From assembly GCF_009914755.1 (NCBI RefSeq), contig NC_060939.1: a DNA stretch of 64,000 nt. One strand, 5' to 3'. The position numbers and the translations under genes were made by a program. The stretch is from the human T2T-CHM13v2.0 reference genome, Homo sapiens. Each line of letters opens with the position of its first letter. Positions within the stretch are counted from its first letter, which is position 1. A model generated the notes under the pieces. That model had not been told where the DNA came from. It was given only the letters and a program-made list of their open reading frames with translations, and searched no databases. Positions 44,164 to 64,000 of the stretch are shown piece after piece.

Positions 44164-45378
44164 CTAACCCCTGGCCTGGGGGACCCTGTTCAGCCAGAGA
44201 CTCTCTAAGCCTGGACAGCGTCAGATTCTGAGCCCCGGGCTTCCATCACAGCCCACTCTACCCTGGGTTTTAGCTAACACTGTGGTCGATGGATACCAAT
44301 AACAGTTTAATGGCAAACTGGCATAAATGACAAAGTGATGAATTCGTCAGTCGAATGAAATGTAATGAAACCCAACATCTAAATCCCTTTGCCATTCAGT
44401 ATGTAGTTGAGCAAAAACTACTTAAAAATTTTCTCCAATAAAGCTTATTCTTAGCAAAGAAGCTTTCACCTGAGCCCAGCAGTTTGCCAATGAGTAGTCT
44501 GCCTTGGAGGCCCGCCCAGGCAGACAAACCTCCCTATGGAGTGATTCCTGTCCCCAGCCCCTTTGCTGCCACCAAGGTTACTTTGGGGTCCTGGAAATGT
44601 CATAACCACTAATCTTTGTGGAACTCTACTTAGTATGGTCTAGTGTCATTCCTATTTCCATATTATGAAAATGGAGCTCAGAACATTGAGTTTGCTAGAA
44701 GTTAGATTGGCAGTGAGTGGCTGAGCTGGTTTTCCTGTCGGTGGACCTGATTGTAGTGCTTTCTCCACTTCGTATCAGACCACCTAAAAAAGCAATCTGG
44801 AGTCCACATAAATAATCTAACTCTAGAGTTTATAAAATGAGGCAAAAATGACATATTCCTGTTCCCTACCTTTAAAATTAAGAACAGCAAACATAAGACT
44901 CCATCAAAAATATGTAAAAGTTTTAAAGGCAATTTGTTCTACCATGGCCAGTTAAGGAAGAAAGAGGCTAGGGGTTGGGGAGTGAGGCAGAAAGACAGGC
45001 ACAGACACTCAGACACTTAGATCACAGGCACAGCTCCCTCTCACCCATGACCCTACCTTGGGGAGAGGAGCATAAGTTAGCTGCTCCAGTGTGACTCCCT
45101 GAGTTCCTCTCTGTATCTTCAGGGCCCAGGGCAGGCCTGGCCCAGAGTGGACATTTGTAAGTATGTGCAGAATAAATGGTTAGAGAAAGAGATTGGAGCA
45201 AAATAGATGGGTTGTGAAGGACAGAGAAGGCAAAAAGACTTCAGAACTAATGAGGCATACTTGGAGAGAAAGAAGCTAAGAAATAGCCAGCAGCACTCAG
45301 AGGGATTAAAAAAATACCAAGACCCAATAAAATGCCAACACTTGATTTTGGAACTATGCAAGATGATTCTAAACTTCA

Positions 45379-45843
<465 letters not shown>

Positions 45844-46019
45844 CTATTAAAATATAAAAGTTCAATAATTAAAACTATGGTACTGGCACAGACAGATTAA
45901 AGGTACATAATAGAAAATCCAGAAATAGGCCTTAATATATTATAGGGATTTAGTAACTAATACGGGTGGCATCTCAAGCAATAGGAGAACGATAAAGTTC
46001 TGGTCAATAAATAGTGTTA

Positions 46020-46918
<899 letters not shown>

Positions 46919-46920
46919 AG

Positions 46921-47225
46921 CTCTTTCCCTAAGTGGCCTGAGGTAATCTGTGAAAATGGTTCACCATTCATTTGACCTGGAGAACCCCATAAAATCATGC
47001 AAATCAAGAGGTTCAAATTTTCGTGTTCACTTTAAGAACACTCGTGAAACTGTCCAGGCCATCAAGGGTATGCATATATGAAAAGCCATTAAGTATCTGA
47101 AAGATGTCACTTTACAGAAATAGTGTGTACCATTCTGACGTTACAATGGTGGAGTTGGTAGGTGTGCCCAGGTCAAGTAGTGGGGCTGGATAGAAGGTCG
47201 GTGGCCCAAAAAGAGTGCTGAATTT
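46921..47225 (+). pseudogene. RPL17 processed pseudogene, 5' half only
   Basis: 5'TOP-like ctctttccct; ATG at 46956; [86 protein letters not shown] matches RPL17 residues 1-90, intronless, with four in-frame stops (47079, 47121, 47136, 47178). Confidence 0.93.
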
Positions 47226-47428
<203 letters not shown>

Positions 47429-47469
47429 AGCTGTCCTTTAAATTCAAGGAACAAGGCCCCATGGACTCA

Positions 47470-47739
<270 letters not shown>

Positions 47740-47832
47740 TCACCTGCTCTCCTGTGTGGTCACTTAGCTGAGCCCCAAACAGCTGGAAAGGAAAAGGTGA
47801 GGGGGCCAGTGCTGCATAAAGGAAGGAAATGA

Positions 47833-51330
<3,498 letters not shown>

Positions 51331-51363
51331 CCTGAAAGCCAAGAATTAAGAACTCATTCACAC

Positions 51364-51410
51364 ATCACTTCTTGGCTTTTTGGGTTAGATCAAGACTAGT
51401 ATCTGTCCTT
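51364..51410 (+). pseudogene. U2 snRNA 5' fragment (RNU2 pseudogene)
   Basis: atcacttcttggctttttgggttagatcaagactagtatctgtcctt aligns with the U2 5' end ATCGCTTCTCGGCCTTTTGGCTAAGATCAAGTGTAGTATCTGTTCTT. Confidence 0.88.
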
Positions 51411-51503
51411 CGTTTAGCAATACAACAGCCAGGAATTTAATTTTTGATATATTTTAAACTACATTAAATATTGAGTCTGTTGCCTTTAAAAAAGAACAAA
51501 ATC

Positions 51504-52240
<737 letters not shown>

Positions 52241-52910
52241 TCAGGGATTATCAGGGAGTCTGCAGCAGGAAGTGCCTCTGGCTCAACACAATCTGTCATC
52301 CCTGCCAGGATGACGCAAAGCTCTGCCCTGCTAGGGGTCACTACAGTCATCCCCTTCCCATGAGAGCATCATGTGGAGAGGTAGGGTGGATAATCTGAGT
52401 GCAGAGAGGTCAAATGAAGGCAGGTAGGCAAATCCCTTAATTCCCTCATCTCCTGCCCCATTTGTCAACTCTTGTTAGTGTCTTGCTGTATATAAGACTC
52501 AAAAGGTTTCTCCACTCCATGCCTAGAGCTGGTCTCCCTGCACAGCAGGAGGTAGCTCTCTGTGCTACCTTCCATACAGAATCAGGAAGGTCCCACTGTA
52601 ACCAGTAAATTATCTGCCCCATCAGCCAGTTCTTACAGGGGACCTTTGAGGTACAAGGGTGTTATAGGAGACACAGGAAAGTTCAGCAAGTTTTGGCATT
52701 CTCAGATTTATTATTCACATTTTCAGGTATCATCTGAATTTTGAGCTATCTCCAAGGAAGGGACACAGTTCTATTGAGACTATCTGTCCACTTAGCAGGT
52801 ATAGGGCACCCTTCTCTCCATCTTCCGCCCAGCATCTGCATCCTAATAGGTATTTTCTACTCAGCCCTACACTTGCTTCTAGGATACTGAGGATTTGGGG
52901 AACATATCTA

Positions 52911-53434
<524 letters not shown>

Positions 53435-54890
53435 TAGAAAGTATTCTAAAATGAGGGTCACCTCACTAGGTACAACATGAGAGGTACAGATCATTATGTA
53501 ATAATATTCTCCAAAGGAAGGGGAGTGGTCTAGTCCTTATGGGCATTGGAGAAGCTTCAGGAAGTAGATGGGACTTGGCCTTGACCCTGGAAGGTGAAAG
53601 AACAGCCTGTGAGCAAGAGAGCAGAGGAATCTGCAGGGTGGAGAGAAGTGACAAGTTGCTGGACTTAAGCAGATGGTCTGTGCTGGGAAGCAGTACGAAG
53701 TAAAATTGAAAGGGTAGACTGGGGTAGAGCTGGGGAGAACTATGAACTTCAGGCTGAGTGCTGACTCCATTCAGCAGGTAGTGGGCAAAGTGTGGAAGAG
53801 GCCTGAGGTGGTGGAATGGAGTAGGGATGTGGGAATGTTAGGAAAGCCAGGCTGTGCATGCTTGGACAAACTGTAAGCCAGGACCTCTCAAACACTAGCC
53901 CATGAGGTGGTGCCCATGTGCTTGGATCTGGGCATGGGGATGGGGAGTGGGATGGGTGAAGGTGGCACTGATTGATTTAAGTGGGGCCCAGGCAATGACA
54001 TTAGTATTGTTTCCAAAGGTCTTCACTATACTCTCTAAATGACTTTATTCTTGCCCAGAGCTTCAATTACCTGCCAATGATTCACAAATTAAATTCTCCA
54101 GTTCTCTTCTGAGATCAAACTCATAAACACAACTGCCTACACAGTGTCTCAAGACTTCTCAAACTCAACGTATCAAAGTGAACTGATTTTTCCCTTCCCC
54201 AAACTGCTCCTCGCCCCCAGGGTTCCTTGTCTCAAGGAATGGTAACATTGAGCCAGGTGCACGAGTACTCATCTCTGATACTTTCCTCTCCTTTACCACC
54301 ACCATCTCAAATTTCCTGTGAATTTTTATCTCCTAAATCTCTGGAATCCAGCCATTTCAGGCTAACTCCACTGCTTCCATGGGAATCCAAGCCCCCATTA
54401 TCTCTCACCTGGACCACTCATCTCCATGTATCCTCACATGCTTTATTATTATAATTCTGTTCCACACACTGAGGCAAGAATGACCATTTCAAAACCAAAA
54501 CTAAGCCACTCCTGGCTGGGCACGGTGGCTCATGCCTGTAATCCCAACACTTTGGGAGGCAGAGGTGGGAGGATTGCTGGAGCCCGTGAGTTAAAGACCA
54601 GCCTGGGTAACATAGCAAGACCCCTTCTTTAGAAAACAAAACGAAACAAAACTAAGGCACTCTCCTACTTAAAACTCTTCAATGGTTCCTGGCTGTTTTC
54701 AAAATAAAAATTAAACTTCTGAAGGCTTGCAGTGTCTGGCCCGTTTCCTCTCCTCCCATCTTACTCCAGTCATGCTAGCCTTCAACTGCCATGGTCTCTC
54801 AGTCCCCACAGAACCTTTGCATATCCTGTTCTGGATACTTGCTAAGTTCTTCCCTGTTGCTTCCCCACAATTAATTAAAAGCTGCTCAAA

Positions 54891-55223
<333 letters not shown>

Positions 55224-55309
55224 TCAGCTGAAACATCACTTCCTCAAAAAAGCTTGCCCTGACTCTCAAACTTGGTCAGGTCTACCTAGCACAGTGGCCT
55301 TTACAAAGT

Positions 55310-55607
<298 letters not shown>

Positions 55608-56574
55608 CTTTTTTTTTTTTTTTTAACTATGACCCATAGTATACTTTTATTTCCTAGCATACACATATGTAAACTGAATAATGATTCTTACCCTTACTAT
55701 ATGATACATATTTCCTATTATTTCAACTAAATGTGTCACAGAACGCTTTTGAAGAAAAATCCTAATTCATAATCTCAGAACCATGTCTTTCTTTCAAAGC
55801 ACTCAGCATATTTTTTATGATTATTGGGTTAATATCTACCTTCCTCATTGCCTGTATTCTGTATGAGGTTAGGGAGTATTTGGCATTTTGCTTAGCTTTA
55901 ATAGGCACTTAAACATTTGGAATGAAATATATAAATTGGCTGATAAGTACTTTTCCTTGTAGCACTTATCACAATTGTCTCTAATGACTCTGTTATAATC
56001 ATTAAGCTTCTTCACTCTAAACTCCAGGAGGTCAGGAATCCTGTCTGTTCACCCCTTCTTACATCCCTAGCACCTAACCACAGTACCTGGAAAATGGTAA
56101 ATAAAAAATCATTTCCCATAGAACATAATTCAAATTCTGGTATCCAGACTGTGGCCAGCATGAATTAACAAAGCTGAGGAAAGTGTCCACTGTTCTACAC
56201 AGTTATGCACTCTAACACCACTTGCCTCAGAGACCTTAATCTTTGCTTTGGAGGCTATGAAAAACCAAATTTATTCCAAAAGGCAAATGAACTCTGCAAT
56301 GGAAACATACTCTTCATGTGTGGCCAGATACAGGAAGCCAGGAACTACTATGTGGATTCACAAAAAGGTAAAGAGCTCATCATATGGAAATAGCTTATAG
56401 GTTCTAAGCATTACAAAAAATCTGGGACAAACAGGTGGCAAAAAACAAATTTAGTTGATAATGTCTCATTTAATCACTATTCCATAAATCACTACTATTT
56501 CAGAATGTTCACATTCCTTTCATATATTGCATATTATACTTATTTAAATGGAATAAGATATACTTTGTACTTAC

Positions 56575-56620
56575 CTTGTAATTACCAGGAGAACTTCCCT
56601 GCAGACAAAGCGTGTATAAA
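56575..56620 (-). other. UBAP1L: Candidate non-coding first exon of UBAP1L
   Basis: Consensus donor AAG|GTAAGT at 56575/56574 in non-repeat sequence, next to a TAATC motif cluster. The 5' boundary is approximate and rests on recollection of the gene extent. Confidence 0.5.
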
Positions 56621-56869
56621 TGAATAGCTACAACAGATGGCATAAGCCTAAGCTTCTTGTTACAAATGTCACATGGGCATAGGAGCATGAATGGTTTTAT
56701 AGAGTGATTAAGTTGGTTGGCTTGTAGCAGCAAATTCTTTGACATCATAAACTCAGCCACTTGGGCTAAATACCCTTAGTATTTAAGAACTAATCTCTTT
56801 CTCTCATAGCTTTCTAATCTCTGTATTTACCGAATTTATTAAAAACAAATGCTTTTGTACAGTTTTTCT

Positions 56870-57645
56870 TTTTAAAAGTATTCCAGTTAATAATTGAAGA
56901 ATGACAGAATTAAACTATCACTATTTTTGAGTCCCCTCCCCATCAATGAATGAATCTGGGTCTTATCAGTGGCCGCTAACATCACAAAAAAAGCCAAGAC
57001 ATCAGTGCCTCCTGACTGGAAGTACACATTATGTCTGTGAAGTATTCCTGCCAGAAAATTCCAATCTGAATGTGATCAAGCCTCTAGATCAGCACTATCC
57101 AATTGAAACGTGATCCACATATGTAATTGCACATCTCAACTCAAATAGATCACATTTCAAGTGCTCAACAGCTGAATGTGGCTACTATATTGGACAGTAC
57201 AGCTCTGTTTAACTACTAAATTATAGGACATACGAGAACAGAGGGACATGGCATCACAAGGATGCAAACAACAGTGTATGGAGTCTATTCAGATCCTAAT
57301 TTGAACAAAACGTAAAACATTTACGAGAGGGCAATTTGAACAATGATTGGATATTTGTGATATTCAGGAGTTGTTACTCCTTTATTTAGATGTGATAATG
57401 GCCCTGTAGTTAGATTTTTTTTTTAATCACTTAAAGCTACATAATGAAATATTTACAGATGAAGTAATTTGATGCCTGAGATTTGCTTCAAAATAATCCA
57501 GGGTGAGTGGAGGATGTATAGATGAAACAAGATTGGCCATAAGCTGATAATGATTTGAAGCTGGATGATGGGTACATGGAAAAAAATCATTGTACTATTC
57601 TCTTTACTTTTGAATGTATTTGAAATTTTCCCCAAGTTAAAAAAA
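56870..57645 (+). mobile_element. Old L1 (L1MC/ME) 3' end with a MER3/MER33-like insertion (about 57090-57205)
   Basis: aatctgaatgtgatcaagcctctagatc; gaaatatttacagatgaa...gatttgcttcaaaataatcca; atttcaagtgctcaacagc. Confidence 0.65.
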
Positions 57646-57809
57646 GAAAAAAAAAGACTGTGGGATAACATTACAATAACACTGCTCATATTCTTGAAAG
57701 TACAATTCATTAAAGATACTACCATGAGTCTCTCTAAACCTGAAAGAACCAGTGGCTACTGCCACCACCACTACACACAGGTAATAAACCAGGAAAATCT
57801 TACAAATAA

Positions 57810-58214
<405 letters not shown>

Positions 58215-58819
58215 TAAATGCCACCTTCTTGGGTTCTGCTGTCCGAGTTTTCCTGAGTCCCTGCAGCACATTCCCTGCCCTCACAGCAGATATCTTAGTG
58301 GCAAGGCTGTCCAGACACCAAACACACATCGTACAATTCACCTTATTTCTACTCTTCCTGCATCTCATCAGAGAGCAAATGGTGGAGATATCTAACAAAA
58401 AGGCACACAGGATTGTGGAGCTCTGAGGGTAATCATATCAGATTTTAAGATTTATAAGCGTAGACATACATTTTGGAGACATGTGGCCCTCATTCCCTAT
58501 CTGTTGACTCTATATAATGTATAAATTAATGCAAATTAAACAACAGAAAAGGGACAAAGCCATTAGTATCTTGCACCCAAAAGCTTCCAACTACAGTACG
58601 TAACATTATTTCCAAAATTGATGGTATCCTTACCAATCCAGACTTGGATTTTGCAGATAAAGTTTAGCATTTAAGATTCAAATTCCTGTAACAAATGCCT
58701 GCTTAATAAATTTGAATTTTTGAATGAAAATATGTTTCATCAATGTGAAAGTGTGTGTTAAGTGATTTGGAAGGCAACAAATTGGCAGCAAAGGCACAAA
58801 CTAAAAAATAAAAATGATT

Positions 58820-58825
58820 TTTATT
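58820..58825 (-). terminator. PDCD7: Probable PDCD7 polyadenylation signal
   Basis: AATAAA on -, about 1.3 kb after the stop, followed by U/GU-rich tttagtttgtgcc; a second AATAAA at about 58928-58933. Confidence 0.6.
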
Positions 58826-58951
58826 TAGTTTTTTGGAAATATAACAAAATAATTGGCAAAAACCAAACCAAAACAGAACCAAAAAAATGACATGTTATAT
58901 GAGTGATCATCTCCAAGCACAACAGCATTTATTAATGAATATAAAAAATAA

Positions 58952-59257
<306 letters not shown>

Positions 59258-60139
59258 AAATTTTACTATTTTTATTTGCTTTTTCCCCTAGATTTGACTA
59301 CATGGATAGTTTTAGAAGCTTGAGTTCCTAAGATAATTCCATAGCTACACTGGCTCCTACAATGTGACTGAGTGAGGTTAGGGAAATATCCTTGGGGATT
59401 CTGAACAACTAGACCCTTAGAAACTTAAAAATAACAGGTGCTTTCATTAGGATCCTTCTAACATGGAAAAAATACAGCCATTGTCCATTAAAATACAATC
59501 CAATTTGGGTACTCTTCAGGTTTTCTAAGTTCTCCATCTGAATAATAAGACTAGGCCACCATCTTTTCTGGCAACCCAGCCTACAGCCACTGCCATCTTC
59601 CTAACTAGCAGCCTCCTAAGCTGCACTAAAACTGGGATTAACACAACTGAAGATAACATTTTTGACCTTTCTTCCTAGAAGTCAAAGGGCTCTTCAGGTA
59701 GGAAAGGTCAGGAGGTTTTGCATCAAGCTTGCCTTCACACTCACTATTAGTAGAAGGGCTGTGAAATCTACCCATCACACACCTGTATTCAGTGTTTGAG
59801 TGTACTTACCCATCAACACACAAGGAAGTTAGAGTAAATTAACAAGTCACTCTGGACCAAGCCCCTCAAAACAGAGGCAAATTTGGTGAACCAAGGTCAT
59901 TCACTGCCTGTGGTAAAAACCTCAGTTCACCTAAGTCCTTTCCTGAAAAACCACATTAATCTGATTCAAGAGGCACCTCTGGCCAGCACAGAGCACAGAA
60001 GGAAAGCATAACTTCAGGGTAGGGGAATGCCACATGGAATTTAGAAGTTGCAGTTTAGTCTACAGCAAAAGATGGCACCATCGCTAATATTTACAGCTGG
60101 AAAGAGCGCTGGCTGGACCACACTCCTGGAGCATCTTTA

Positions 60140-60263
60140 CTAATGCAGCTTAACAGCAGTTGCCCAGATGTCGTTGCTGGGGAGCGGGGGAAGGACCCAT
60201 CCTTGGGGAACGAAGTTGCCTTTGGGATGATCGGATGGCACCAGGTACTGATCCCAATCATGC
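60140..60263 (-). CDS. PDCD7: PDCD7 (U11-59K) last coding exon
   Basis: ttattaag|G CAT GAT TGG...CTG CAT TAG TAA; (R)HDWDQYLVPSDHPKGNFVPQGWVLPPLPSNDIWATAVKLH*. Confidence 0.93.
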
Positions 60264-60798
60264 CTTAATAAGAACATTATAGAACAACTATTTATTTCTG
60301 TTTTATTCCAAATAAGATGTTCAGCAACTACATATTCTAAGACTTAGCTTTCAAATGACTGATATACTAATCTATTACAGAACTTGATTTCTAGGAATCA
60401 AGAAAATGACTATATTTCTTAAATGTACATATAAAAAGAGGAAAAACTCTGAAGAACTTAAACCTTATGGATAACCAAATAACAAATAAAGTCAATCCTC
60501 ATTATTTACAGATTCTGTATTTGCATATGTGCCTACTAACACAGGGCAAGTCACAACCTGAGTTTTTTTCTTCACCTATAAAAATAGGGACATCAACTTC
60601 TCAAGGACTAATGAGGACTAAACAAGATGTATGCAGCATCCTTGAAACATGGAAACATTATAAACCCATAGTTTTTTTTAAGTTCCTTATGGAACTTAAA
60701 AAAAAAAAGACAGTAATAGACCTAAACAATGTAAGCACTTCTTCAAGTGCTTCCTGCTACCTAAGAGAAAGACAACATGGAGAGCCAGCCCCTCTGAC

Positions 60799-60886
60799 CT
60801 GATCTGGATGAGCGCTGGCAGGGAGTGCTCGGCTTGGAGATAATACTGTCGGAAAGGCTCCAAGAGGTGAGCAAGTGGGAACTCAT
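60799..60886 (-). CDS. PDCD7: PDCD7 penultimate exon (88 nt)
   Basis: ctctttcag|AT GAG TTC...CAG ATC AG|gtcaga; (D)EFPLAHLLEPFRQYYLQAEHSLPALIQI(R). Confidence 0.94.
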
Positions 60887-61140
60887 CTGAAAGAGAAAAG
60901 CACAATACCACGTTATCATGCTTGATATCCACAGTGTATTTCTCAAGGCAAGGTGACTGAGCCTATGATTACGACAGAATGAGAAAATGTGTTCTATCTG
61001 TATCCATGAGTTCTATGACACAGAATTGCATCTGGAAGGTGTCATTTGTTGCCTACCACCTCTTAGCTTGAGATCACCCGTGATGAGAAGAGCGTCAATC
61101 TAGTATTTTCATTTTCTCCACTGGTTATAGAGCAACATAC

Positions 61141-61377
61141 CTGGATCCCCAAACAACTTGGACTCAATTTCACGTTTCTGAAGTAAAATTTTCTCTTTTT
61201 CTTTTCTTTGTTTCTTTTCTAATTCTCTTTTCCTCTCTTCCTCTTGTTCTCCTTCTAGCATAACTCTGAGGGCTCTCTCTTCAGCTTCATACAGTTCAGA
61301 GCGCTTTTTAATGAGTTTTCTCAGTCGCTGAAGATGATGCGTAAAAGTCTCATCTGCTGAGGCTGGAGGACAGACCC
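61141..61377 (-). CDS. PDCD7: PDCD7 internal exon (237 nt, charged coiled coil)
   Basis: tctgcccag|GG GTC TGT...GAT CCA G|gtatgt; (G)VCPPASADETFTHHLQRLRKLIKKRSELYEAEERALRVMLEGEQEEERKRELEKK...SKLFGDP. Upstream exons lie beyond the window. Confidence 0.94.
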
Positions 61378-61401
61378 CTGGGCAGACAGGACAAAATGGC
61401 A

Positions 61402-62821
<1,420 letters not shown>

Positions 62822-63475
62822 TGAGCTCACTAAAGGGAGGAACTTGTCTTAACTTCATTGTTTGTGAAATTCCCTTAGCATCAACTCCCAGATCTAATTA
62901 ATAAACAATTCTTCCTCTGACTGAGTGTGAATTTTGGGAGTGCACACTTGGATGGTGAGGAAGATACACTTAAAACAACCACACTGACCTTGCAGTCTGC
63001 TGCTGACAGTAGGCTGACCAACTGTTTTGGTTTGCCTGCATGTAGCACTGAAAGCCCCAAGTCCCAGTAAAACTGGGATGGTTATTATCCTGATTTAACT
63101 ATGAGGTCAGCTAACAGTATAGCCAACATATCTAAAGCCACAGTGGAGAAAATAGTCAGGTTATTAGGTGATATCAAAGAATTACTGCTAATTTTTTTGG
63201 TGTGACAATGGTATCATAGTTGATGATGAGTGTTTATGTATTCTATTTTTGTGCATGTGTGAAATGTTTCATAAAGTTTCATAAGAAAAAAAGATTTTAA
63301 CTTAATGAATATTTGAGTGGACTGCAATTGTGCACTCACTACCATAATGGCCCTGTAATACAAAAGCTTCCAGGTGAATCAATGTAGAGTGATGTGGATG
63401 TGATCTATCCTGTCAGTCCTTGAAGATTTTAAAGGAAAATATGTTACCCAAGCATTTTAGCAATACCAGATACAG

Positions 63476-63783
<308 letters not shown>

Positions 63784-64000
63784 GAATACCAGATACAAGA
63801 AAGAAAAAAAAAATCCTAATCCCATTACCATAATCAACCATTTTATACTTTCTCACATTCTCTTCAGGTCTTTTTGTCCATGTATTAGCAACTTCATATA
63901 GTTCAACGTTACATGTATGTAATTTCCACTTCTCCCTGTTGATTCTGTACGTTCTTCTCCAATCTTCATAATTATTTAATGGCTGTATCCTATTTCATCA

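Overview
Human-like (hominoid) genomic DNA that I recognise from the encoded proteins as the RASL12-KBTBD13-UBAP1L-PDCD7 locus (15q22.31 in human, recalled rather than looked up). Contents in order: RASL12 (- strand, coding exons 1-3 and the start of exon 4); a full-length solo LTR12C/ERV9 LTR (16260-18006, TTAT target-site duplication); intronless KBTBD13 (+, 458 aa); complete UBAP1L (-, five coding exons, 381 aa); and the last three exons and 3'UTR of PDCD7 (-). I traced the coding splice junctions by hand: all are GT-AG and phase-consistent. The rest is mostly Alu, L1, L2, MIR, MER and MLT repeats, a 3'-truncated RPL17 processed pseudogene and a U2 snRNA-derived insertion. The most interesting structure is the LTR12C/KBTBD13 junction. 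There a single TATA-like element could serve divergent transcripts, and an antisense LTR-derived exon can splice in frame to RASL12 exon 2, giving a P-loop-less isoform. I found no convincing wholly novel biological system. Most ORFs in the track are repeat-derived or shadow ORFs.
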